DNA of 64,000 nucleotides from assembly GCA_964016885.1 (NCBI GenBank), contig OZ024742.1, forward strand, positions 207,638,001 to 207,702,000, given 5' to 3'. Below the pieces are notes generated by a model. That model was not told the DNA's origin. It saw only the letters and a list, made by a program, of their open reading frames with translations, and did not search any database. This document shows, piece by piece, positions 1-10,997 of the stretch. How positions within the stretch are numbered: the first letter of the stretch is position 1; each line of letters begins with the position of its first letter. The DNA is from Eledone cirrhosa. Lineage: Eukaryota. Made by a program: the position numbers and the translations under genes.

Positions 1-505
1 CTCGGAAGTTGTTTTTCGTTAATTCCTAACCCGAAATACGACTCTCGCTAATTTATATATATATATATATATATATAATTTCAGCGAGATCTTATTTCGG
101 CATATATATATATATATATCGAGAAGAGCCGAGACCTCATTTGCTTATTGTCAGATCTGACCAAGGAAACATCGTTTCCTTTGGTCCTTCCAATTGTTAA
201 TATCATCTACCGGTCGCAACTACAGGTAGAAGGAGTTATGTGGAAAAACGTGTCTTTCTGAAGGGCATAACGCATCACCCGATTCGGAAATCGTGCTCAG
301 AGCCTTATAATTTAGCCACATAACTTTACATTTGTTTCTACCGTAGAGCGTCCGATAGGCACCATATGCGTGGTATTGGAAATACTTTTTTAACTACCAA
401 TAACCACACACACACACATACACACAAGCAGAAACACACACACACATAAATGCACACAAATACACACACATACACTCAAGCAGAAACACACACACATATA
501 TGCAC

Positions 506-536
<31 letters not shown>

Positions 537-541
537 GACAG

Positions 542-611
<70 letters not shown>

Positions 612-886
612 TTAGATGTGTGTACATATGTATGTAGAATAAATATATATACTGATGCGATAAACATATTACTCTGTAGACAGAATCGTAATGATTATCT
701 CTGATCAAGAGGCAGAAAAACACCGAAATACTCCAGAGTTATCTTTCATGGTTTTCTGTGTTAATAGGAAATAGTGTTTACACTTCATTCTTTTCACATC
801 AGGACTTCTATTTAAAGAAACTGTAGTTACATCAACATAGGATTTAACTTAATCTTCTAAATTAAATTGTTCCAGCATCATTATAC

Positions 887-1006
<120 letters not shown>

Positions 1007-1106
1007 CACCACACACACATACGCTCACACTCACACGCACGCACACGTGAAACGAATAAAACGAAGTTTAAATATGAAACCATAGAAGCAAACAAATTCT
1101 TAATAA

Positions 1107-1216
1107 TTAATTGTTTCTACTTTAGGCACAAAGCCAGTATTTAACCAGTACATTACTGGTACTTTATTTTATCGACCTCGTAAGGATGAAAGGCAAAGTT
1201 AACCTCAGCGGGATTC
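1107..1216 (-). mobile_element. tRNA-derived Nin/Deu-domain SINE, 5'-truncated
   Basis: Matches the full copy at 12875-13058 over the GCCTTTCATCCTTAC..GTCGATAAAATAAAGTACC domain and the GTAGAAACAATTA tail. Confidence 0.8.
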
Positions 1217-2529
1217 TTAATTATTAATGAACGTAAAACATATATAAATGAAAAAGAAATACATAAACAATCTTATTTAAATATAAACAATACGAAGTCA
1301 TTGCAATCCGAGAACTCCTGAATTCGTATTTTTGTTGCATTTTTTGAATACTGGTATGGTTGGAAGTGTTAATATTTGTGGGTGCGGATGATTATAATTT
1401 TTATATGGTTTTTCATGAAGATTGTGATGGATAATGCTTATAGTGCTGTTGGTGGAGGAATAGTGTAGTTGAGTAGTTGATAGTGTTGTTGGTATTAATT
1501 GTGAGATTGATTGAGGCGAGTATAGTGTTAGTGGTGATTATACTGAGGCTACGACTACTACTACTACTACTACTACTACTATTACCACCACCACCCCACC
1601 ACCACCATAACCATCATAACCACCACCACTATCACTCTTAATACTACCACTCTCATTACTAGTCCAGATACCCCCTCGGCGTGAAACAGAATACTTCAAG
1701 TTAACGCTAACACATATAATTCAAGGATCGTGAGAAATGCTAACTATAAATATGCAAAGAGAGTGAAAAGGAAATTAGTCAATAACTAATATTTTTTATG
1801 CGGTTTCCGTAACTGCAAAGTCTTCACACAATTCCGCTCTTATTTTAATCTTCCTAATGAAGCATAGATTTGCAATGATCAATGCAGTAAATTATCTAAT
1901 CCCACCTCTTTAAAAATTATTGTTGTTGTTGCATCACATGTCATATCTAACGTAGGAGCAAAGGCATTCCATATATACTGGAGTTTGGTCCATAACTCCT
2001 ATGGGTCACCTTGAGCGAATCCTCTGCGAAAGGCGCGTCACAGATTGACACCCAATAAATATTTTTCATATGTAAAAGAAATTTCCTCGATGTTCTTCTA
2101 TTATATACACTCAGCTTGTGCATAGTGTGTTTTATTTGGTACCTGCACCAGTATTTCACCGGACTACCATACGTATATATTAGCAAATGAACACATTTAA
2201 AAACGATCATAGACGAAAAACGAATACGGGCATCTATTGTCCTCTTCATCCCCCTCCAGGAAACAAAATTCCGTACGATAACCTTGAATTGTTATATCTA
2301 TCTATCTATATATTACTAAAAGTCTGTGATTGCTTGCTTGCTCGTCTGTAATGTAATACAGCCAAAAGGGCGCATAATAGGTTTTTTCCGGGTACCTTCA
2401 TAAACAAAGAAAGAGAAAGATAGAGAGGAAGAGATAGTGTTTGTGATAGAATAGATTGAAAGAGAGACATAGAGAGAGGGAGAGGAGACAGAGAAGGAGA
2501 ATGGAAGAGAGCTGATGGTGGTGTTGTGT

Positions 2530-4223
2530 ATCGTGCACGGAAAATTCCCAGTTGGATAATTGCCGGGCGGAAGATTGCCAGGCGGAAAATTGCCCGTGGG
2601 GAAAATTGCCATTAGCATTGCCATTAAAGAAACAAAATGGATATTTCACAAATAAGGAATTAAAAAATATAAGAAAACTTTTTTGAAATGAATGGAAATT
2701 AAAGACAACAGATCGAAGACATGTTATTTTATCGTTTGAGTTATATAGCTCAACAGTTCTCTCCAGTTTATCATTGATATTTTTGTACTTTTGGGGATTA
2801 CGAATCTCATCTCCTCGTTCGAATTGAAGTATTTTTGTTTGCACTAAAATCTCCTCCTTCTTCAAAAATGAAATACACTTCCAGATATTTGGATGACATT
2901 GTGTGATATTTTTGAAAAAAAGCATTATTGAACCCTTCAATGCAGTTGATAGTACGTGGAATGCACTCTTGAATGAACATTCTTCATTGGAATTGGGAAT
3001 AACGGCGTTGACCTTCTCTTATTTTTACCCCTTCTTCTCATAACAATTTGAGGAAAAACACTCCATTTATCGAAGCCTTTTCAAAATCATTCATTATCGT
3101 GTGGGGGTCTTGTTGTACTAAATTCTTGATTATGTTGAACAGCTTTTCATAGTTTGTTTCAATTTTGTTAGGAAGAAATGCAAAAACACGTGGAAAATTA
3201 GATTTTTTTAACATGTACATGAATTATAAAAAGCTGATAATACACACCTGGTGACACTTCGAACGTTCCATCCATAGACCAGTTTCTATATTTTCTTAAA
3301 TCCTGAATACCATCACTCGTACTAAATAAAAATATTCGATTTTCATCATCGGGTCCAGAATCATACTGGAGGAATCTTTCTCCAGAATCAAGATTTTGAT
3401 ATTCGGATGGAATTATGAATCCTGTCATTTCAGAGGTAATTAGTGGGGTCCACGGTGTTTGCTTTTTCTAGTGTCGAATATTTCTACTTATATGCTGCAC
3501 GTTTCTTAGCTCAGAACATGCACGTTCATCTAAAGATGATAAACAATCTGCAACCAAAGAACGAGTTGGTTGACTCGAAGTCAAATCTTCTTCCTTCAGA
3601 TTTTGAATGGCTACTTTAGCATCCACCATACTCTTGGTGGAAGTGTTTGTGTTCGTTAATAAATTTGAAAATTTCATAATCATGATCCTTTGATTTGATG
3701 TGTAGTCTTGCTGGACACGCTTTCTGTTTTCTTACAGCGCATTCCCTACTTACAGCACATTACTTCCTTGTTTAGCCCATTTTGATGATACATATTTTGA
3801 AGTTCATCGACAAGAATATTCTTACCACGTTCACTTGTTATAAAAGGAGCCATTATGGATACAAGAATAATAATAAAAAACACAGTATATCTCAGTATAA
3901 ATAACAGTATAACAAGTAGTTATATAAAGAGAAATGGATAACCTTATGTTACTAATATTCCCGTCAGTTAGGTTACACTTCAAATTAAAAAAATAAGCAC
4001 TTATAAAAAGAGGAATTGTAGTTTTGGTCAAAATGAGCAATAATTATAAAAAGAGGAATACATTTTTTAAACTGGAATTATCTTCATTTACGTTGGATTC
4101 TCTGAGATCAATCTTTTAATTTGCCAATGGCAATATTCCGCATTGGCAATTGTCTCAATGGCAATTTTCCCCACGGGCAATTTTCCAGCTGGCAATCTTC
4201 CGGCTGGCAATATTCCAAGAACC
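2530..4223 (-). mobile_element. Mutator-like (MULE, Phantom-type) DNA transposon with decayed transposase
   Basis: Long TIRs built of ~15-bp GGAAAATTGCC-type subrepeats (about 2530-2625 and 4120-4223). Minus-strand fragments carry WSMDGTFEVSPGVYYQLFIIH, FAFLPNK, IMNDFEKA and HPNIWKCISFLKKEE, typical MULE DDE transposase motifs. Frameshifts and stops are present. Confidence 0.88.
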
Positions 4224-4290
4224 GTCGTGTGTGTGTGTCTATGGCCAGTGGATATAGATCACAGACACCCATATTGTATATATATATATA

Positions 4291-5008
4291 ATATGTTGAA
4301 AAGGTAACACACTAGAGAGAGAAAGTGAGCCAACAATAAAACAGGGAAAACCACCAGTGTATGGAATCTATACTCTATGGAAGACAGGGTAGACACACAA
4401 TAATTAAAAATATAAATTAAAATGTATATACGCACCTCTATACCTATATAAGACACGCGTACAAATCCAAAGAGATCTGTTTCGCCAAGAGGTAGTTGAC
4501 TGAAATGAAATAGCCTATGGCTCATCAGCGCGTGCAAGACTATACATTCCAGACAATTCTAAAAGAATCTAAAGCGACCGTCCAGCTACACGTGGCAGAG
4601 AGATGTCACAGCGTGTTTAGGGCAGTGAACCAGTGGTGTCTGAGGGACGAGCTGCTAGAAAGGGCAGCCCCAAAACCACTCGAAGTGTGCTCAACCAAAC
4701 AGAGAGAGAGGAAAGACTGTTATAATGAGCGAAATATCACGATAAATTAACGGAGCCATAGACTCTCCTTATTCCCTGTCAATAATGTGATCTAAGGAAA
4801 AGTAATCCTGAGCTCTTAAAATACAATATGTTGAAAAGGTAACACCCTAGAGAGAGAAAGTGTGCCATCAATAAAACAGGGAAAACCACCAGTGTATGGA
4901 ATCTATATATAAATTAAAATGTATATACGCACCTCTATAACTATATAACACACGCGTACAAATCCAAACTTTGGATTTGTACGCGTATGTTATATAGTTA
5001 TAGAGGTA
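4291..5008 (-). mobile_element. Non-coding hammerhead-bearing tandem element (retrozyme / PLE pseudo-LTR-like)
   Basis: Direct repeat 4291.. / 4826.. (period 535 bp; the second copy has an internal deletion), then a fold-back at 4969-5008. Flanked by (TA)n and contains a full hammerhead. Confidence 0.65.
4454..4534 (-). ncRNA. Type I hammerhead ribozyme, canonical core
   Basis: Minus strand: stem I CACGCG/CGCGUG, CUGAUGA, stem II GCCA..UGGC, GAAA, stem III ACAGAUC/GAUUUGU, GUA cleavage triplet. Confidence 0.85.
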
Positions 5009-5009
5009 C

Positions 5010-5121
<112 letters not shown>

Positions 5122-5819
5122 GTTATCATATACATAAAATTAAAGATATATATATCTTGCAACTGTTCACTTTTAAGCTCAATGAAGAATTAATAAATTA
5201 AAATCAAAAAATCAGAGCATTATATCATAAATCATGTCTATAGAATCATCAGATATTAATGGCTGCGCTTTCTAGCAGCAAGCCTACCCTCCGTAAGCAC
5301 AACCAATCACACGCTTTCTCTCTGGCTGGTACACAGCTACATAGTGATTTTAGCCATTTTTGAATCTAAATTTGGCGCGATCGGTTAGAAAAACTAAATG
5401 TCTGATTTTGAGTTTATCTCCTGAAGAATCCTAACTCTGGATAATTCATATTATTTGGATGTCCTAAATAAGGAAGAAACCATGGTAGAGATATAATTAC
5501 GGTATGTGCGCATTTCTTCTAAGTTTAATTTTACTACTAATTGTGTGTGGTTGATGGTATATTTGGTCGGATTCTGCATGCTGCCGAAATGTTGGATAAA
5601 TAATGGAACGGGGCTACCGCGAAGAGGCTACGATCAATTGTTTGTCGGAGATTTCCCCATAAGAAAATTTATTCTTAAAGCTTGCTAGATTTGATTTTGT
5701 ATATGGTTAATTATGCTAATTAGAAGAAGAAATAGTATATATTTTAATATCTGATGATTCTATAGACATTATTTATGATATATATATATATATATATATT
5801 AATTAAAATAACAGATTAA

Positions 5820-5870
5820 AGTTTAAGCAAATAATCGCTGCTTTCACCCTTAACGGGATCTTCTGAAACT
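5820..5870 (-). ncRNA. Hammerhead fold with CAGAAGA core (U4A) in a Naiad-like PLE terminal repeat fragment
   Basis: Stem I AGUUU/AAACU, CAGAAGA, CCC/GGG stem II, GAAA, stem III AGCA/UGCU. The surrounding sequence matches 54877-54950 and 61094-61178. Confidence 0.55.
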
Positions 5871-5910
5871 AACTTTGGATTTTAGTCTTCACATTTATTA
5901 TTATTACTAT

Positions 5911-6079
<169 letters not shown>

Positions 6080-6975
6080 CCATACATTTATTTATATATA
6101 TATATGCATACACATATCTATATGTATGGGCCTTCCAGTTATATTTCACATTATATATGTCTGTGTATATTTTATTTAAAAATTATTTTGAAGTGAACGT
6201 GACCCAACGGATCACGGGTGGTCTAGCCTAGCATATTTGTAGGTGTGGAGTATGAATAAGACACCATAACAGAGTACCGGAACAGACAAAATGTATAGGT
6301 AAATACAAACGAGTATTTCGACTCGAATAACATACATAACGGCCTATACCATATATGAAAACGATACGGTATAGTTGCTATAAATTTACAATCCTACCCT
6401 AATACATAAAAATGTGTTTCTTGAGGCTAGCTGAAGAGTAGAATAAATGCTTGCATTCGATTGTTGTTTATGTCAGTTTTTCCATGTTGATATTTATTAT
6501 ATTGGCAACTGCTCGGTGCCCACTTATAATTTTATTTAACTATTGTTCACTTGCGCGACAACTAATATGGGTTTCTCTCTCTTTCTCTCTTTCCTTTCCT
6601 CCCTTTTCACTCATTTTCAGCGTTGCCTCTTGCATATATACCCATATGTTTTAAAAAGTCCCGTAGACATTTTCGTATGATGTTCGAGTAGAAATATTCA
6701 TTTGTATTTACCCGCATTGTGTTTCGTATTAACGGAAGTATTGAGGGTGGACAGACATGTTATATTAGTGCCTTGTTGTACCTGCAAGCTCTGGGAAAAT
6801 TCGTATGAGCTGAAAATTTATTTTTCAAGGAGAGAAAGTTATAAGAAAAAATAAATTCTAACGATAGACAAACTTTGCTATTAATAGACAGGTCTGAAAA
6901 AGGAAGTAGAATATACATTTAAGTGAAGTGATGGGGATGAAGGAATTATTCATCAACGGAAAGATGCTCGAGTAC

Positions 6976-7304
6976 ATAATTGTTTCTACTTTTGGCACAA
7001 GGCCAGCAATTACTCAGTACATTACTGGTACTTTATTTTATCGACCCCGTAAGGATGAAAGGCAAAGTTAACCTCGGCGGAATTTTGAACTCAGACCATA
7101 AAGATGCTCGAGTACATAATTGTTTCTACTATTGGCACAAGGCCAGCAAATTACCCAGTGTATTACTGGTACTTTGTTTTATCGACTCCGAAAGGATGAA
7201 AGGCAAAGTTAACCTCGGTGGGATTTGAACTCATAATGGAAAAGGCCGTAACTCTTTGCGTCAAAGCATGGCGTCCGACCCTCTACCGATACTGCCAATC
7301 CACC
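6976..7304 (-). mobile_element. Two tandem Nin-domain SINE copies
   Basis: Truncated copy 6976-7100 and full copy 7116-7304. The target sequence GATGCT(C/A)GAGTACATAAT occurs three times. Confidence 0.85.
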
Positions 7305-8438
7305 GATGCTAGAGTACATAATGAATATAAGAAAGGAGAGACAGTTATAGAAGGATTATGGAAAAAAAAAAACAGTATGTAGAATGGCAAAAATTAATAT
7401 AAAATAAAAAAAAAGACTCGAAGAACTGCTTGAAAAATAAAAAAATAAAAATGAAGGTAGAAAATATTGTTTAGTTCTTTTTCTGCTAGTTGCTGTTGTT
7501 ATTGTCAATTTTACAAAATAAATATGACGTGCATCATAATTGTAGGTTTCCGTGTTGGAATAAATTTGAGGATAAAAGAAAAAATATGATGAAATAAAAT
7601 ATAGTAAAATGAATTGAAGTACAAATATGTTTATAAAAAATGAAATAAAGAAGGAGGCAAAGGAAATGAAAAGCAAAAAATAAATAAATAAAGAAACGGT
7701 TTAAGAGAAAAAGAGAGGGAGAGGGAAATACAAAAAAACAGGGTATATGTTTTTAAAATTAGTTTTGAGTCGTATGAAATCTAACTTCTTTTATTAACGT
7801 GGGTTTTCCAAATTTAAATACACCCATTTCTGTCTGTTTCATTTTCGTTTTCTCGCCACCCCCTCGCACTACAAAGAAAAATTCTGAATATTTTGCAACA
7901 TAATTTGAAAAATTGGTGCATCTGTTAAAATGATAAAGTTGAGTGAGGTGTAGGCAGCGGGTTTTTGTGGTGAGGATTGAAAATAAGGAAGGTATAGGTA
8001 TACTTCACTCTAACAACCCTCCTTAATCCTCATATGCTCAATTTACTTTCTTACCCCCATTAGATACAGTTGTAATGATCTTCTCTTAACACTGGACCGG
8101 ATTGGCACCCATAGGTAGGAATGTCATCGTTCTCCCTTCCCTTTGTTATACAGCCCAGTTCAGCCCACCCCCACCCCCACCACTATGAAGGAATTTAACC
8201 ATGTATATGACATCCCCAAAGCATGGCCCATTCCCCGTGACAGACAAGAAAAACAACACATTTCTAGGATTGTTTGATTTGATACTTCTGCTTTTTTTTT
8301 GTTTTGATTGCATGCCCATATATGGAGTGTAACCCTTCATAAGTTCAGCTAGGTCCCTGCCGTCCTAATACTGCTGGGATAGTCCGGATCTAGCTGTCGA
8401 AACGGCCGGAGCTCAGCCGTCGGTGTCCTGACTCTTTT

Positions 8439-8501
<63 letters not shown>

Positions 8502-8629
8502 GTCTATGGGTCATCAGAAGTATTTCGTTGGAAACTTACAGTTTATCGTGCATTGATAGGGGGAGGGGGTGTATTAATATACGTCGTTTCTAGGGTATTT
8601 CAAAACCTGGCGGAGCCCAATCCTTTCTA

Positions 8630-8808
8630 AGTCACAATGCAGCAGATTCTTTCCAGAGAATGATAGAGTGAGTGAGAAAGGGATATAGAGGAAGAATTGA
8701 CTCTACTAGTAGACTGGTACATTTTATCGACACCGTATGGATGAAAAGTAAAGATTACCTGCATGGGGTTTGAACGCAGACAACGAGAACGAATGCCAGT
8801 TCGCCGTC
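8630..8808 (-). mobile_element. Older diverged Nin-domain SINE
   Basis: TTTTATCGACACCGTATGGATGAAAAGTAAAG plus a B-box-like TTTGAAC on the + strand. Confidence 0.55.
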
Positions 8809-8858
8809 CACACGCACACACACACGCACACACACACACACGCGCACACACGCACACA

Positions 8859-8897
<39 letters not shown>

Positions 8898-9235
8898 AGA
8901 CACACACATATATATATATAAAGACAGAAAGTAAGAATGTGTGTAATAAAAAGTTTTTATATACATAATTCAAACTCGATATGATATTGTGTTTTTACTT
9001 TAGATTTGTTATATTTGTTTTGGAGAAAATCTGCCTATAGTAAAACATATGCCTTGTTAGCATGAACATACATTATAGTCTCTCCATCCCATCACTTTAG
9101 TTTGACCACTCAAAAATCGTTGCCCCTGAGGACATCAGTAGTTAATTATCATCATCATTTAATGTACTTTTGCAATTTTGTAGTTGTTTGGCAGTTTAAT
9201 TTTATAGATATTTTGCAAGCTATTTGATTAGCTTC

Positions 9236-9281
<46 letters not shown>

Positions 9282-9547
9282 AAAGAACACAAGAGCGTCT
9301 ACAACATCAACAGATTTTTATTGGTTTACAATGTTTCTTCCTTACTCTTTAGAGCTATAAAAGGGGTTTGATTGGTGTTATGGACTCTACCAACCAAACA
9401 TTCAAGAACAAAGAGTAAAGAGAGTAAAGAGCAAAAGCAGGGGACGATAAGTCTAATGTTGGTGCGGGTGGGTGGGGGGGCCTTGTTTACAATATCGGTT
9501 TCAACACACGTTTTCAAATAAAGTATCTTGCTAAACAAATTCAGAAA

Positions 9548-9581
<34 letters not shown>

Positions 9582-9583
<2 letters not shown>

Positions 9584-10190
9584 TGGCTGCCAACTCGTTT
9601 TCGAGTACGGCCACTACTTTATATCCATGTAGGAGAACCCCTACCGATGCGCTGAACGAGTGTGACTTTTTAGTCCAGCCAGCGACTTGAAAACTCTGGT
9701 ACAAACACTACACTTGTGACAATTACTGACACATAGTGCTGGGCCCATGGTACCATGTGACGACAAGTGCAGAGAGATCTCCAGATATAAAGCAATGCCT
9801 GTGCCGTGAAGCTTTTATAGTGAGCAAAGGCACTGCACAAAGCCAGTCCCACTCTCTTAACCAAGATGATATTTACCAAAAAGAAGAACAAGTCAACATC
9901 ATTGGATACCATCAGGGTTGCAGGTGTTATATCAGAGTTTTCCTTCTCCTAGAATTCTGCCTTGACAAAGGCTAAGGGGTCATCTCTCCCGGTGATTTTG
10001 GATGGCCATTGACTCTTAAGAGCTCCTTTGCCCTTTGACAGGTTTTGTTTTTAGTCCTGCAGGATGTCCAAAGTCACCCTCCTCACCAAGAAACCTTGGT
10101 GGGGTTGCCAGTTTAGTCGCCAACGACCCGACCATGGGACAGGTTGTACTGGGATACATGTTACCAGTAGCACCAACTGGTGACCTGACA
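9582..10190 (-). mobile_element. Bipartite non-autonomous RTE derivative (5'UTR-like part fused to ORF C-terminus and 3'UTR)
   Basis: CTAGGAGAAGGAAAACTC UTR motif. Terminal C2H2 remnant CSVCTRVFKSLAGLKSHTRSAHR*. 3' stem CTCGAAAACGAG then GGCAGCCACC(AT)n. Homologous to 52830-53200 and 57250-57590. Confidence 0.65.
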
Positions 10191-10212
10191 TAATATATAT
10201 ATATATATATAT

Positions 10213-10925
10213 ATCGTTTCTGAATTTGTTTAGCAAGATTATTTATTTGAAAACGTGTGTTGAAACCGATATTGTTATGCTTTGGGAGGGTCATGTTGCC
10301 AATAAGAAACACACGCACCAGTTGCTTTCACTCCAATTTATTATAAATTAAATTTATAAATTTAAGAATTTATAAATTTCCGGTTGGTTGGTTCCACAAC
10401 CGGACGGTTGTTCATATATTGTCAAAGTTCTTTCGTCAAACATTCTGTAACCTCTTCAGTGACTGGGGATTATTTTCTTTGTTTTTGTGCCTCTCCTTTG
10501 TTCTGTCCTAGGCCATCTTGTTTTTGTGTGCGTTGTGTGCTTAGTTTGCGCATGTGTTACATGCGGGTGTCAGTGTGTGTTTATATTGTTTATTTATTTG
10601 TTTATTTACATGTTACTGGTTGGTTGTTTGTTTTATGTGTGTGTGTATTTTCATTTTGTCCTTAATTGTAAGTTGTGATGTTGCTATTCCATTCATGTTT
10701 TCTATTTAATTTTGGTTGGAGAAAAGAATCCCCAGTCACTGCAGAGGTCACAGAATGTGTGACGAAAGAAGTCTGACAATATATGAACAACCGTCCGGTT
10801 GTGGAACCAACCAACCAACCGAATATTTATAAATTCTTAAATTTATAAATTTAATTTATAATAAATTGCAGTGATTGCAACTGGTGCGTGTGTTTCTTAT
10901 TGGCAACATGACCCTCCCAAAGCAT

Positions 10926-10931
<6 letters not shown>
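10213..10931 (-). mobile_element. 5'-truncated Penelope-like element end with inverted terminal duplication
   Basis: Homologous to 16425-16923. Arms at about 10270-10470 and 10725-10931 are inverted. Hammerheads at 10421-10464 (-) and 10734-10777 (+, core mutated to CTGCAGA). A tail-only copy lies at 9485-9552. Bounded by (TA)n. Confidence 0.85.
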
Positions 10932-10997
<66 letters not shown>

